Source: Thermoanaerobaculia bacterium (GTDB lineage Bacteria > Acidobacteriota > Thermoanaerobaculia > UBA5066). From it: a stretch of 64,000 nt of DNA. Below the pieces are notes generated by a model. It saw only the letters and a list, made by a program, of their open reading frames with translations. It searched no databases and had not been told where the DNA came from. The position numbers were made by a program, and so were the translations under genes. Positions 40,501 to 52,678 of the stretch are shown here, piece after piece. Location of the stretch: positions 1,088,001-1,152,000 of the forward strand of contig CAVRAY010000001.1 of assembly GCA_963719225.1 (NCBI GenBank), read 5' to 3'. Position 1 is the stretch's first letter. Each line of letters begins with the position of its first letter.

Positions 40501-40602
40501 CGTGGCCTGTGACTGGGCGAGCACGACTCCCGGCAGCGCCGCGAGGAGAAGGAACAGACCGACGACTCCCGTTCGAAAACATCGCATGACAGCCTCCGAC
40601 AC
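37594..40602 (-). CDS. Oar-like TonB-dependent receptor with carboxypeptidase regulatory domain
   Basis: G.IEGTV.D, AEFGR.S.G.VNVVTKSGTN, C-terminal PRQVQLG...W. Confidence 0.92.
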   Translation of the reverse strand: MSEAVMRCFRTGVVGLFLLLAALPGVVLAQSQATTGVIEGTVSDEAGAPLPGASVALRNTATNFEKATTTGPDGRFRGVALPLGPYRVTVSLAGFTTLVREGLDLGVGQTINLTGLALRLSQRAESVTVTGAAPVVETTRTEGSTQIDSAAIKGLPNNGRNYLDFTKLTPGVTIVQGPDGDELSVNGQKGINNNVSVDGADYNNPFFGEQRGGQRPAFTFNLDAVKEVVVVSDGANAEFGRASSGFVNVVTKSGTNEIHGSVHGYFKNDSLSSAAVKPDGSSAEKFDSNQLQAGFTLGGPFVKDKIFFFTAFDYQRGRSTKQTDPNRIDPLLVSYFASVGAPNENGPIDRTNDARVFLAKFDWQASEQHLFSLKYNYTWSEQVNGTFDVDPWARSSNAIEDVNSNAGSGSLNSTFTSNLLNEFRFQWAREDRPRPYEGPTVPGGERPFPDTGVDFAHGYRFGEPFFIPVDYHDTRLQLNENVTFLMGSHTIKAGVEYNRTNAAQTFRGFANGRVIFGSVQGFLNFTKNNLYVECSDGTSNNTGNCPAGASITGPVALYLQHVPGPGLTIDEAGTQDIVQHEPAVFLQDKWQPLPNLTISVGLRWEAQIEPDPITPPDKVFFAGFIGKTSKGQEFPSDGKIPSDYSMWQPRLGITFDPKNDGKTVLRANAGIFSGRVPGLNLASTRSTNGSLGYDVFRASFLTPFGLPVPAYPNLIPLSSLPAVPDHPGVYVFSKDFKNPRTYSAALAIEREVAPDVAVSLKYNYAHTVNITRFIDRNDPLLGSPWSTGLGADGTNGVGSLTTVESTGHSVYNGITLGLIRRFTNNFEFQAFYTLSWDKSDDDNERDPFTLRYAKVTDLDAEYGYSDRDQRHRVNAYVLWKAPGEVNVNARWSYRSAQPKSITGTGADSVLSPPTDRINPDGSVTTRNLGRKDNQFNSLDLRISRAFAAGGLTIEPIVEVFNLFNSKNLRKPESTSLLFNFDGTVQSGLGDPRQVQLGVHLLW

Positions 40603-40626
40603 TTCGCTTCGCGGAATGGCGGAACC

Positions 40627-41952
40627 CTATGGGGAGGCCAGTTTCGAGTCAAGTAAATTTGTTTGAGGCTCATTCGCAAGCGCCTTCTGCTTCCGCCCGA
40701 GCGCGAGCGCGTTCGCGACCCACACGCCGGCCACGGGGAGGAAGAGCCACGCGAAGCCCAGCGGCGAGAGCCCGAGGAAGGCCACGAGCCGGTCGGCGAG
40801 CGCGCCCAGCGCATCGCCGCTCCGGTAGACGAACGTGTCGATGAAGCTCTTCGCCGTGTATTTCTCCTCGCGGGGCACGACGGTGAAGAGGGCCTCGCGC
40901 GCCGGCTTCACGAGCGCGAACTCGCTCGCCCGCCGGAGGACCTGGACGGCGAAGAGCGTGTTCGCCGTCGACGAGGCGCCGAGCGCGAAGAAACCCGCCG
41001 CTGTGACGGCCGGCAGCAGCGCGAGCGCCGGACCGAGGCCGACGGCCGGCAGGAGGCGCCCCGTCAGGAAGAGCTGCGTGACGGCGGTCAGGACGTTCAC
41101 GACGAGGTCCGCCTTGGCGAAGAAGGCGGTACGGGAGCCGGCGTCGTGGAACTCGCTCCGCACGATTCGCGCCTGCGCGAGATACAGGAAGGTCGAGCCG
41201 ACCGTGAAGAGCAGGAGGAAGCCCGCGATGCCCAGGAGGTACCGCGACTTCAGGAAGAGCGTCAGGCCCGAGAGCGCGCCCGTGCCGGGCGGAAGGCCGT
41301 CGCCGCTCCCGGCCGCCCGCTCGGCGGCGCCCGCGTCCACGCCGTAGATCGCCGCGAGCCGGTGGAGGCAGACGACGCCGGCCTCGAAGAGGGCCGCCGC
41401 GACGAGGAGCAGCGGGACGGGGCCGAGGCGCCGCGCGAGCACGACCGTCACGGCGCCGCCCAGGATGCCGCCCAGCGTGCCGCCGAGGCCGATGGCTCCG
41501 AAGAGGCGCTTGGCCTGCTCGGAACGGAAGAGGTCGGCGAGGAAGCCCCAGAAGACCGACACGACGAGGAGGTTGAAGACGCTCGCGTACACGAAGAAGA
41601 ACCGCCCCGCGGCGAGGCGCGCGGGGCCGCCGAGGAACGTGAGGAGCCCGTAGAACGCCACGAAGCTCGCGGCGAACGCGTGCATGACCGCCGGGACGAA
41701 CACGCGCCGGGGGGTGCGCTCGACGAGGGCTCCGAACAGCGGATTGACGACGAGCGTGCCCGCGAGCGTTCCGAAGAAGAGCCAGTTCAACGCGAAGCCG
41801 CTTCCCGTCGAGGCACCCATCTCGTCGCGGAGGGGCCGGATGACGTAATAGCCCGCGAGGATGAAGAAGAAGGAGAGCGCGGACCAGACGAGGCCCGCGC
41901 CCTCTCCGGGCTCGATCTTCACGAGGCGGGAAAGCGCGCGCCGCCCCCGCAC
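40627..41952 (-). CDS. NTP/NDP exchange-like MFS transporter
   Basis: YYVIRPLRD, EQAKRLFG, KPAREALFT, KY.AKSFIDT. Confidence 0.85.
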   Translation of the reverse strand: MRGRRALSRLVKIEPGEGAGLVWSALSFFFILAGYYVIRPLRDEMGASTGSGFALNWLFFGTLAGTLVVNPLFGALVERTPRRVFVPAVMHAFAASFVAFYGLLTFLGGPARLAAGRFFFVYASVFNLLVVSVFWGFLADLFRSEQAKRLFGAIGLGGTLGGILGGAVTVVLARRLGPVPLLLVAAALFEAGVVCLHRLAAIYGVDAGAAERAAGSGDGLPPGTGALSGLTLFLKSRYLLGIAGFLLLFTVGSTFLYLAQARIVRSEFHDAGSRTAFFAKADLVVNVLTAVTQLFLTGRLLPAVGLGPALALLPAVTAAGFFALGASSTANTLFAVQVLRRASEFALVKPAREALFTVVPREEKYTAKSFIDTFVYRSGDALGALADRLVAFLGLSPLGFAWLFLPVAGVWVANALALGRKQKALANEPQTNLLDSKLASP

Positions 41953-41956
41953 GCCG

Positions 41957-43063
41957 TCAGCCGGCCTTCGGCGTCTTCTTCGCCTGCGCCTCGTGCCAGG
42001 CCGCGAGGACCGCGGCTTCCCGCTCGGGCGAAAGGCCGCTCTTCAGCTTGGACGTCCGCTCTTTCGGGAGGGTCTTCCACCAGGCGAGCGTGTCCCGGCA
42101 CGTGTCCTTCAGGGGCCGGAACGACAGGCCCTTGCCTGCGGCCTTCGCGTTGGAGACCTTGTTGCCGCCCGCGTCGTCGCCCGTCGGCGGGAGCCAGCAG
42201 GGGAGATCGCCCCAGGCGTAGACCTTCTGGGAATCGAGGAAGGCGGCGTCGACCCACGTGAACTTCGCGTCGCTCGAGCTCACGGCCTTGCACGTGTCGA
42301 GGAGGGTCCCCACGGGAAGCGGATTGCCGGTCGCGTTGAAGACGCCGACGGTCTTCGTGTCGAGGCATTTCACGATCCACGTCCCGAGGTCGCGGACGTC
42401 GATGAACTGGACCGGGTCCTCGGGCCGGTTCGGGGCGAGGACCTCGCCCCCCTTCGCGACGCGGACGGGCCAGTACGTGAAACGGTCCGTCCCGTCGTCC
42501 GGGCCGACGATGAGGCCGGGGCGGACGTTCGTGACCCGGCCGGGCATCGCGGCCTCCGCCGCCTTCTCGCAGAGCGCCTTGAGCCCGCCGTACGTCTTCT
42601 CGTCGATCTTCTCGACGGTCGGGTCCGGGAGGATCGCGACGGGCCCCGTCTCATCCACGCCGGGCTTCGACAGGTCCGAGAACACCGAGATCGAGGAGAT
42701 GTAGACGTACTGCTTCACGTGCGGGCCGAGGAGGGTCGCGGAGTCCTTCACCTGGCGCGGGAAGTAGCCCGAGGTGTCGACGACCGCGTCCCAGGAGCGG
42801 CCCTCGAGCGATTTGAGATCTCCGTTGCGGTCGCCCTGCAGCTTCTCGAGGTCCGGAAAGAGGCCGGGGTTGGTCTTGCCCCGGTTGAAGAGCGTGATCG
42901 TCCAGCCGCTCTTCTTCGCGGCGTCGACGACCGCGGGGCCGAGGAAGCGCGTGCCCCCGAGGATGAGGAGGGTCTTCTTCGTTTCGGAAAAGGCCGGGAG
43001 CCCGCCGGCGAGCAGGCCCGCGGAGGCGGCCGTTTTCCAGAGGAAATCGCGTCGCGTCGTCAT
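41957..43063 (-). CDS. Tat-exported NAD-dependent epimerase/dehydratase
   Basis: TRRDFL Tat signal; GGTRFLG, YGGLK. Confidence 0.88.
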   Translation of the reverse strand: MTTRRDFLWKTAASAGLLAGGLPAFSETKKTLLILGGTRFLGPAVVDAAKKSGWTITLFNRGKTNPGLFPDLEKLQGDRNGDLKSLEGRSWDAVVDTSGYFPRQVKDSATLLGPHVKQYVYISSISVFSDLSKPGVDETGPVAILPDPTVEKIDEKTYGGLKALCEKAAEAAMPGRVTNVRPGLIVGPDDGTDRFTYWPVRVAKGGEVLAPNRPEDPVQFIDVRDLGTWIVKCLDTKTVGVFNATGNPLPVGTLLDTCKAVSSSDAKFTWVDAAFLDSQKVYAWGDLPCWLPPTGDDAGGNKVSNAKAAGKGLSFRPLKDTCRDTLAWWKTLPKERTSKLKSGLSPEREAAVLAAWHEAQAKKTPKAG

Positions 43064-43119
43064 GTCCTTTCTCTCCTGTCCGGGGAGATACGGGCGCGCC
43101 CGCGCCCCGGTTGCGCTCT

Positions 43120-43992
43120 TCAGCCGATCCCGTCCTCCAGCATCTGGAGAAGGTAGCGGCCGTAGTCGCTCTTCATCTGCTTCGCGAGCCGGGTCACGTC
43201 GGCCGCCGAGATCCAGCCGGCCTTGTGAGCGATCTCCTCGGGGCACGCGATCTTCAGGCCCTGGCGGGCTTCGATGGCCTGGATGAAGTTCGAGGCCTGG
43301 AGAAGAGCCTCGTGCGTGCCCGTGTCGAGCCAGGCCATGCCCCGGCCGAGGAGCTCGACGTGGAGGTCGCCGGTCTCGAGGTAAGCCCGGTTGACGTCCG
43401 TGATCTCGAGCTCGCCGCGCGGCGAAGGCTTGAGCGCAGCCGCGATGTCGAGCACGCGGTTGTCGTAGAAGTAAAGGCCCGTGACGGCGTAGCTCGAGCG
43501 CGGCTCCTTCGGCTTCTCCTCGAGGCCGATCGCGCGCCCCTTCGCGTCGAACTCCACGACTCCGTAGCGCTCGGGGTCGAGCACGCGGTAGGCGAACACG
43601 GTGGCGCCCGCCGCGCGGGAGGCCGCGCGCTGGAGCATCTCCGGCAGGCCGTGGCCGTAGAACAGGTTGTCGCCGAGGGCGAGCGCGACGCCGTCCTCGC
43701 CCACGAACGAGCGCCCGATGAGGAATGCCTGCGCGAGGCCCTCGGGTTTCGGCTGCGTCGCGTAGGAAATCCGGATGCCGAACTGCGCGCCGTCGCCGAG
43801 GAGGCGCACGAATCCCGTCTCGTCCTCGGGCGTCGTGATGACGAGGATGTCGCGCAGGCCTGCGAGCATCAGCGTCGAGAGCGGGTAATAGACCATGGGC
43901 TTGTCGTAGACGGGGCAGAGCTGCTTGCTGACCGCGAGCGTGAGCGGATAGAGGCGCGAGCCCGACCCGCCCGCGAGGATGATTCCTTTCAC
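43120..43992 (-). CDS. rfbA: Glucose-1-phosphate thymidylyltransferase
   Basis: [29 protein letters not shown]. Confidence 0.96.
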   Translation of the reverse strand: MKGIILAGGSGSRLYPLTLAVSKQLCPVYDKPMVYYPLSTLMLAGLRDILVITTPEDETGFVRLLGDGAQFGIRISYATQPKPEGLAQAFLIGRSFVGEDGVALALGDNLFYGHGLPEMLQRAASRAAGATVFAYRVLDPERYGVVEFDAKGRAIGLEEKPKEPRSSYAVTGLYFYDNRVLDIAAALKPSPRGELEITDVNRAYLETGDLHVELLGRGMAWLDTGTHEALLQASNFIQAIEARQGLKIACPEEIAHKAGWISAADVTRLAKQMKSDYGRYLLQMLEDGIG

Positions 43993-45089
43993 GCGCGGAC
44001 TCCGAGACCGAGACGCTCGCGTCCATAGTTTTCCGCCTGGACGACGGCGCACCACTCCGGGTGATCGACGTACCACCGCACCGTCCGAAGAAGACCTTCT
44101 TCGAATGAGTAAGAGGGGCTCCACCCGAGCTCGCGGCGGATCTTCGAGGCGTCGATGGCATACCGGCGGTCGTGGCCCGGCCGGTCTGGAACGAACGTCT
44201 TCAGTTCCGAATAGCCTCTCAGCACCTTCGAAGAAATCTTTTCCGAGATCTTCTCGTTCTCTTCGAACGGCACGGTTTGCTCCAGCGCCGCACAGAGCGC
44301 GTCGACGACCTGGAGGTTCGTCCTCTCGTTGCCGCCTCCGATGTTGTACTTGCTCCCGGGCGCGCCCCTCTCGAGGACGAAAAGGATGCCCCTGCAGTGG
44401 TCCTCGACGTGGAGCCAGTCGCGTACGTTGCCGCCGTCGCCGTAGATCGGAAGGGGCTTCCCCTCGAGCGCGGTCAGGATCATGAGCGGAATGAGCTTTT
44501 CGGGGAACTGGAACGGCCCGTAGTTGTTCGAGCAGTTCGTGAGGAGAGTCGCGAGGCCGTACGTCTCGCGCCAGGCGCGGACGAGGTGGTCCGCGGCGGC
44601 CTTCGACGCGGCGTACGGCGAGTTCGGGGCGTACGGCGTCTCCTCGGAAAAGAGCCCGCTTTCTCCCAGCGTGCCGTAGACCTCGTCGGTGGAGACGTGG
44701 AGGAAGCGGAAGCGCTCCGCGTCGGCCGGGCGAAGGGCCGAGACGTGGGCACGGGAGGCCTCGAGGAGCTCGTACGTGCCGTTCACGTTCGTTCTGACGA
44801 ACGCCCCGGGCCCGTCGATCGACCGGTCGACGTGCGTCTCGGCCGCGAAGTTCAGGACGGCGCGAGGCCGGTGAGCCTCGAAGACCGCCTTCATAGCGGC
44901 GGCGTCCGCGACGTCCGCCTTCACGAACGCGAAGCGCGGGTGCTTCTCGACGTCCGCGAGGCTCGCGCGGTGACCCGAATACGTCAGCTTGTCGACGACG
45001 ACGACGCGGTCGGGCGTGTCGGCGAGCGCGAGCCGCACGAAGTTCGAGCCGATGAAACCGGCCCCGCCGGTGACGACGATCGACTCCAT
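43989..45089 (-). CDS. rfbB: dTDP-glucose 4,6-dehydratase
   Basis: [34 protein letters not shown]. Confidence 0.96.
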   Translation of the reverse strand: MESIVVTGGAGFIGSNFVRLALADTPDRVVVVDKLTYSGHRASLADVEKHPRFAFVKADVADAAAMKAVFEAHRPRAVLNFAAETHVDRSIDGPGAFVRTNVNGTYELLEASRAHVSALRPADAERFRFLHVSTDEVYGTLGESGLFSEETPYAPNSPYAASKAAADHLVRAWRETYGLATLLTNCSNNYGPFQFPEKLIPLMILTALEGKPLPIYGDGGNVRDWLHVEDHCRGILFVLERGAPGSKYNIGGGNERTNLQVVDALCAALEQTVPFEENEKISEKISSKVLRGYSELKTFVPDRPGHDRRYAIDASKIRRELGWSPSYSFEEGLLRTVRWYVDHPEWCAVVQAENYGRERLGLGVRA

Positions 45090-45159
45090 GCGGCGGCAAG
45101 GATAACGGACTCGGCCGCCGACTGCGCTATCGTCGCGCCTTTCGACCCGGGAGGTGCGC

Positions 45160-46529
45160 ATGAGCGAAACCGGACGGTTCCTGCTGGACGAATCCAGGCT
45201 GCCGAAGGCCTGGTACAACGTGAACGCGGACATGCCGGTGGCGCCGTCGCCGGTCCTGCATCCCGGCACGATGGAGCCCGTCACGCCGGACTTCCTGTCG
45301 GTCCTCTTCCCGATGTCGATCGTGATGCAGGAGGTTTCGCCCGAGCGCTGGGTCGAGATCCCCGAGCCGGTGCGCGACATCTACCGGCTCTGGCGCCCGA
45401 CGCCGATGTGCCGCGCCCTCAGGCTCGAGAAGGCGCTCGACACTCCGGCTCACATCTACTACAAGAACGAGAGCGTGAGCCCCGTCGGCTCACACAAGCC
45501 GAACACGGCGGTCGCGCAGGCCTTCTACAACAAGGAAGCCGGCACGAAGGCGCTGACGACCGAGACCGGCGCCGGGCAATGGGGCTCGGCCCTCGCGATG
45601 GCCTGCAGCTTCTTCGGCCTCGACCTCGAGATCTTCATGGTGAAGATCTCGTATCAGCAGAAGCCTTACCGCCGGTACATCATGGAGAACTTCGGGGCGC
45701 AGGTCTTCGCGAGCCCGACGGACCGGACGCAATTCGGCAGGAAGCTCCGGGCCGAGTCGCCGGACTCGCCGGGCTCGCTCGGGATCGCGATCTCCGAGGC
45801 GGTCGAGGTGGCGGCGACGAGCGGCGGGACGAAGAAGTACAGCCTCGGCTCGGTCCTCGGCCACGTCCTGATGCACCAGACGGTCATCGGGCTCGAGGCG
45901 CTCGAGCAGATGGAGATGGCGGGGGAGTATCCCGACGTCGTGATCGCCTGCGCGGGCGGCGGCTCGAACTTCGCTGGCTTCGCATTCCCGTTCCTTCACA
46001 AGAACCTCACGGAAGGGAAGAGGACGCGGATCGTGGCCGTCGAGCCCGCCTCCTGTCCGACCCTCACGAAGGGGCGGTACACGTACGACTACGGCGACAC
46101 GGCCGCGATGGCGCCCATCGTGAAGATGCACACGCTCGGGCACACGTTCGTCCGCCCGGAATCCACGCGGGCGGCCTGCGCTACCACGGGATGGCGCCCT
46201 CGGTGAGCGCGCTCGTCGCGCACGGCGACATCGAGGCCCGCTCGGCCCGTCAGCTCGAGACGTTCGACGCGGCCGTCCGGTTCTCGAAGGCCGAGGGGAT
46301 CATTCCGGCTCCCGAGTCCGCGCACGCGATCCGCGCGGCGATCGACGAGGCGCTGCGGTGCAAGGACATGGGGGAGAAGAAGGTCATCGCCTTCAACCTC
46401 TCGGGTCACGGCCACTTCGACATGACCGCCTACCAGAGCTATCACGCCGGGCACCTGCAGGACTTCGAGTATCCGGACCACGCCGTCGAGGAGGCGATGA
46501 CGCACCTCCCGAAGGTACCGGGGGCCTGA
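45160..46529 (+). pseudogene. trpB2: TrpB2 (tryptophan synthase beta-like) with a -1 frameshift near 46152
   Basis: GSHKPNTA and TETGAGQWG in one frame; [19 protein letters not shown] and NLSGHG continue in another frame. Confidence 0.88.
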
Positions 46530-46588
46530 GCCGAGGGCTAGAATCAGGGGCTGACCGAAAATTCTGTCCCTTCATCAAAGGAGATTCC

Positions 46589-47383
46589 ATGAAGAGAGTT
46601 CTCTTGAACGTCCTCGCGGGCGCCGCCCTGGCCGCGGCCCCGGCGCTCGCCCAGTTCGAAGGCGAGGTCGACATGAAGATCACGAGCCAGGGCATGACGG
46701 GCACCGGCAAGGCGTTCGTGTCGAAAATGGGCTCACGAACCGAGATCGACATGCAGACGGCGCAAATGCCCATCCACATGGTCTCGCTCATGAAGTTCGC
46801 GACGCCGGACATCGTCTACCTCATCAACGACAAGGCGAAGACGTACACCGAGATGGACGTCAAGAAGGCCCGGGAGACGACCTCGAAGATGAGGGACAAG
46901 GAGCCTTATACCGCCAAGGTCCTGGGCTCGGAGAAATTGCTCGGCTATTCCACGAAGCACGTCCTTCTCACCCGTGCGGGCGACCGCTCGGAGATGGAGC
47001 TGTGGACGACGAAGGACATTCTCGGCCTGAACTACGAGGCCGTGCGCGGCCTCATGCGGCGCGGCTCGAGCCAGGATGACGGCTCGTTCCTGAAGGCGCT
47101 GAGGGACGCCGGGGCCGACGGTTTCTTCGTGAAGATGGTCACCCGCGAAAAGGGCAAGACCGAGCCCCTGTCGACGATGGAGCTGACGAAGGCCGAAAAG
47201 AAGTCGCTGTCCGCGTCGCTCTTCGAGATCCCGCCCGGCTACACGAAGCAGGAAGGGATGATGGGCGCGGCCGGAGTCGTCTCGCCGGAAGCGGCCGAGG
47301 CGATGCGCAAGGCGATGGAGAACATGACCCCCGAGCAGCGCAGGCAGCTCGAGGAGGCGATGAAGCAGAGGCAGAGAAACTGA
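46589..47383 (+). CDS. Secreted DUF4412-like protein
   Basis: Signal peptide, FEG, G.EK.LGY, SLFEIP.GY. Confidence 0.75.
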   Translation: MKRVLLNVLAGAALAAAPALAQFEGEVDMKITSQGMTGTGKAFVSKMGSRTEIDMQTAQMPIHMVSLMKFATPDIVYLINDKAKTYTEMDVKKARETTSKMRDKEPYTAKVLGSEKLLGYSTKHVLLTRAGDRSEMELWTTKDILGLNYEAVRGLMRRGSSQDDGSFLKALRDAGADGFFVKMVTREKGKTEPLSTMELTKAEKKSLSASLFEIPPGYTKQEGMMGAAGVVSPEAAEAMRKAMENMTPEQRRQLEEAMKQRQRN

Positions 47384-47433
47384 ACGATTTCGCCACGTCC
47401 CGGGGCCTTGGTGCCCTTGCCTCCCTGATTCTC

Positions 47434-49131
47434 GTGTCCGTGCCTTCCATCCTCGCCGCCGGCGCGCCGCCCCCGGCGCCCGTCGCGTCTCCCGCGGCGC
47501 TCCGGGCGCTCGCCTCGGACTACTACCGGTGGCGGAACGAGGAGTACCCGGTCGCGGCGAGCGACCAGGGCCTGCACGCGGGCGACGCGCGGCTGACGGA
47601 CTGGTCGGCCGCGGCGGTCGCGGCGCGTCGGGAGCACGTGCGAAGCGTTCTGGAGGCGATTCGAGCAGCGAAGACGGCCGCCTGGACGAAGGACGACCAC
47701 ATCGACGCGGTCCTCTTCCGCGCACAGCTGGAAGGAGCCGACCTCTTCGACCGTTTCCTCTCCTTCCACGAGACGAATCCGGGGCTTTACGTCGAGGAGT
47801 GCAGCAACGCCATCTTCTCGCTCCTGAAGAAGGACTACGCGCCGGCACGGACGCGCGCCCTCGCGGCCGCGTCGCGCCTCGAGCGGATGCCCGCCCTTCT
47901 CGCGCAGGGCCGGAAGAATCTGAAGCGCCCCGTGGCGCTCTACGCGCGGCTCGCGATCGCGTCCGCGCGGGGGATGGACGGGCTCTTCAGGGACAGCCTC
48001 ATGACGCTCGCGGGCGGCCTGTCTCCCGCCGAGCACGGGCGGCTCGTGAAGGCTCGGGACGAGGCTCTCGCCGCGCTGGGCTCCTTCGCCGACACCCTCG
48101 AGAAGGACGTGCCGAAGATGGTCGCGTTCGCCCCGATGGGGGAAGGGAACTACAACGAGCTCCTGAAACGCGCGTACCTGCTCCCGATCGACGCGCGGGA
48201 GCTCGCGATGCTCGGCGAGGTCGAGCTCGCGCGCTTCCGCGCTCTCGAGGCGCTCCTCGCGGACCCGTCGATGGCGGATCCCGACCCGGCGCGGGCCGCG
48301 AACGTCCCGAAGGACCAGGAGTCGTTTCTGAGAGCGTACGAAAGCCGGCAGGCGGAGATGATCCGCTTCCTCGGAGAGAAGCGGCTCGTCACGCTGCCCC
48401 CCTCGCTGGGGGTGTTCCGCATCCGCCAGCTTCCGGAGGCGTTCAAGCCGACGAGCCCGGGCGGCTTCATGAACCCTCCCGGCCTCTACGACACGGACAG
48501 CGGGGGCTTCTACTTCATCCCGACGTACGACCCGAAGAGCCGGAACTTCTACATTCGCGCGGCGATCGAGGACCCGCGTCCGATCCTCGGACACGAGGGC
48601 ATCCCCGGGCACTTTCTCCAGCTCTCGATCTCGAAAGGCGTCGCGAGCGAGATCCGGCGCGAGCACTCCGACGGCGTTTTCGTCGAAGGCTGGGCGCTCT
48701 ACGGCGAGGAGATGCTGATGCGGCAGGGCCTTTATGCCGAGGGGTCTGCGGGGCAGGGACAGATCCTGCGCCTCGCGCGCTACCGCGCCGCGCGCATCGG
48801 CGTCGACGTCAACCTCCACACGGGACGCTGGACGTTCGACGAGGCCGTGAAGTCTTTCATGGAGGCGGGCGGTCTGGACCGCGAAGCGGCGGAAGGGGAG
48901 GCCGCGGGCGCCGCCGCGAGCCCGACGCAGAAGATGACCTACATGACCGGCAAGTGGCAGATCATGCGGCTCCTCGGAAAGTGGCGCGAGAAGAAGGGCG
49001 CCGCCTTCCGCCTCGGCGAATTCCACGACGCGCTGCTCGCGAACGGAAGCCTGCCGCTCTCCGTCGTGGAGTGGATCCTCTTCGACGACACGTCGTCGGT
49101 CGAGAAGGCGCTCGGCAACCCGAAGCCCTAG
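47434..49131 (+). CDS. DUF885 family protein
   Basis: HEGIPGH.LQ, EGWALY.E, Y..G, FHD.LL..G.LP; start uncertain. Confidence 0.9.
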   Translation: MSVPSILAAGAPPPAPVASPAALRALASDYYRWRNEEYPVAASDQGLHAGDARLTDWSAAAVAARREHVRSVLEAIRAAKTAAWTKDDHIDAVLFRAQLEGADLFDRFLSFHETNPGLYVEECSNAIFSLLKKDYAPARTRALAAASRLERMPALLAQGRKNLKRPVALYARLAIASARGMDGLFRDSLMTLAGGLSPAEHGRLVKARDEALAALGSFADTLEKDVPKMVAFAPMGEGNYNELLKRAYLLPIDARELAMLGEVELARFRALEALLADPSMADPDPARAANVPKDQESFLRAYESRQAEMIRFLGEKRLVTLPPSLGVFRIRQLPEAFKPTSPGGFMNPPGLYDTDSGGFYFIPTYDPKSRNFYIRAAIEDPRPILGHEGIPGHFLQLSISKGVASEIRREHSDGVFVEGWALYGEEMLMRQGLYAEGSAGQGQILRLARYRAARIGVDVNLHTGRWTFDEAVKSFMEAGGLDREAAEGEAAGAAASPTQKMTYMTGKWQIMRLLGKWREKKGAAFRLGEFHDALLANGSLPLSVVEWILFDDTSSVEKALGNPKP

Positions 49132-49610
49132 GCTTTCTCGGCCGCGGCGCCGATGCCCTTCTGGTGCAACAGCACGAGCGAGCCCGTGAGAGCCACGATC
49201 AGGACCGTGAGGATGCCGAGCTCCCACGCGAGGTGCTGGAACGAGGCCGACGTCTCCACCTTCAGCTCGGTGAACTGCGCCGTGAGGAGCAGCACGCGGC
49301 GGATCGCCGCGATCAGGCCGACGAGGAGGAAGGGCTCCGGCACGACCCGGTGCTCGCGGAACGAGACCTGGAGCGTGTACAGGAGCTCCACGATGAGCAG
49401 CACGAGAAGGCTCTGGTCGAGGAGCGAGACGATCGAGCCGGGCAGCGTGCCCGCCGCGACGCTCTTCACGAAGGCGACCAGGCTGAACACGAGGAGGACC
49501 GTCGCGCTCGCCCCGAGAAGCAGGCCGAGCCCCACGTAGGCGACGTCCTCCACGAGCGAGAAGCCGCGCGCGATCAGGTTACGGGTCGGCTGCGGACTCG
49601 CTGTCGGCAA
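49128..49610 (-). CDS. Phosphate-starvation-inducible PsiE family membrane protein
   Basis: LLIVELLYT, EPFLLVGLIAAIRRVL; TTG start inferred. Confidence 0.8.
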   Translation of the reverse strand: MPTASPQPTRNLIARGFSLVEDVAYVGLGLLLGASATVLLVFSLVAFVKSVAAGTLPGSIVSLLDQSLLVLLIVELLYTLQVSFREHRVVPEPFLLVGLIAAIRRVLLLTAQFTELKVETSASFQHLAWELGILTVLIVALTGSLVLLHQKGIGAAAEKA

Positions 49611-49621
49611 CCGGTGCTCCG

Positions 49622-50548
49622 TCAGATCGCTTCCGCGGAGGGAAGCGCGGGCGCCTTCGATGCCGCGGCCAGGAACTCCACCGTGCCCGAGATGACCTCG
49701 GGGGCACGCAGGATGCGGTGATGTCCGACCCCTCGCAGCGGAACGAACCGGGCGTTCGGCCACGTCGCGGCGATCGCGCTGCCCTCGCGGAAGGGGACCT
49801 TTGTGTCCTTCCGGTCGTGGTAGACGAGCAGCCTGGCCGTCATCTTGTGCGCGAACGAGATGACCGAGACGTCGTTCCAGCGGATGCCGTAGCGCGTCAG
49901 GAGCCGTCGCTTCATGAAATCGCAGCCCTCCTCCGGCATTCCCAGAAACCGCCCGAAGCGGCCCGGGTAATTCTCCGGCGTCGCCGCGGGCGCGAGGAAA
50001 ACGGCATGGAAAAAGCAGGCGCCGTCGCGTGCCGCGAGCGCCGCCGCTGTCGCTCCAAGGGAGTGCCCGACGATGGCGAACGGGTTGATCACCGCGGCGA
50101 GGGCGCGGACGGACGCGGCGATCTCCGGAAGCGAGCACAGAGTCCTGTCGGAGTTGCCGTGACCGGGAGCATCGAAGGCCACGACCGAGAAGCCGGCGGC
50201 CGTCAAGGGCGGGACGAAGCGCGCGAGACGTCCGGCATGCCCTCCCCATCCGTGGACGAGGAGGACCGTGGGTCCGGTGCCCCATTTCCAGGTCGCGAGC
50301 CGGCCGGCCGGGCCGTCCGCCCAGGAAAGTGTTCCCCCGTCGAGGACGTCCCGCTCGAAGCGCGTCCGGGGGCAGGGGGGAGGCGTCAGGAAGAGCGCTT
50401 CCGCGCGCTCGGCCGCGAGCGAAGGCGCGACTCGTCCGACGAGCCCGAAGACGCCCTTCAGGACGCTTTTCCCCAGCCGCCGCAGCCGGTACCGCCTTGG
50501 GAACCGGATGAGCTGCGGCGTGGAAGACTTTCCTTTCACGCCTCTCAC
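49622..50548 (-). CDS. Alpha/beta hydrolase
   Basis: VHGWGG, DAPGHG, GHSLG, D...GH; start uncertain. Confidence 0.88.
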   Translation of the reverse strand: MRGVKGKSSTPQLIRFPRRYRLRRLGKSVLKGVFGLVGRVAPSLAAERAEALFLTPPPCPRTRFERDVLDGGTLSWADGPAGRLATWKWGTGPTVLLVHGWGGHAGRLARFVPPLTAAGFSVVAFDAPGHGNSDRTLCSLPEIAASVRALAAVINPFAIVGHSLGATAAALAARDGACFFHAVFLAPAATPENYPGRFGRFLGMPEEGCDFMKRRLLTRYGIRWNDVSVISFAHKMTARLLVYHDRKDTKVPFREGSAIAATWPNARFVPLRGVGHHRILRAPEVISGTVEFLAAASKAPALPSAEAI

Positions 50549-50602
50549 GCCGCGGCTAATGCCAGTTCCGGGCCAACCTCAGGGAGCGATGACGCCGGAC
50601 CC

Positions 50603-52255
<1,653 letters not shown>

Positions 52256-52258
52256 GGC

Positions 52259-52678
52259 TCAGGAAGTCCCGATCACGTCGAGCCCGCAGGCGCGGGCCGC
52301 GCGGGCCAATGCGAGGTCGTGCGTGGTGAAGATGACGGGCTCCGCCTCGACTTCCTGCCAGAGGAGGGCCGTCGAAAGATGGAGGGCGTCGAGGGTTCCG
52401 AGGACGGTGGGAAGAGGCTGAGCGGCTCGCTCGAGGATTGCCGGAACCAAATCGACGAGAACGAAACTCCTGAGCAGGCGAAAGACCGCCTCCCGCCGGA
52501 CCGCCAGCTCTTCGTCGGGGAAATCCTCTTCGAGGCGCACGCGGTCCAGAGTCCTCAAACACTCCACTCGTGTCAGAGCGCTCGTGATCGAATGACCGGG
52601 CTCGACCGATCCGGCCAGCGCTCCTCGCTGACCGAGCACCGCCCTCAGGACGACCGAAGAATCGACGTAGCGAATCAC
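52259..52678 (-). CDS. vapC: PIN-domain (VapC) toxin
   Basis: YVDSS, E, LGTLDALHL, THD. Confidence 0.88.
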   Translation of the reverse strand: MIRYVDSSVVLRAVLGQRGALAGSVEPGHSITSALTRVECLRTLDRVRLEEDFPDEELAVRREAVFRLLRSFVLVDLVPAILERAAQPLPTVLGTLDALHLSTALLWQEVEAEPVIFTTHDLALARAARACGLDVIGTS

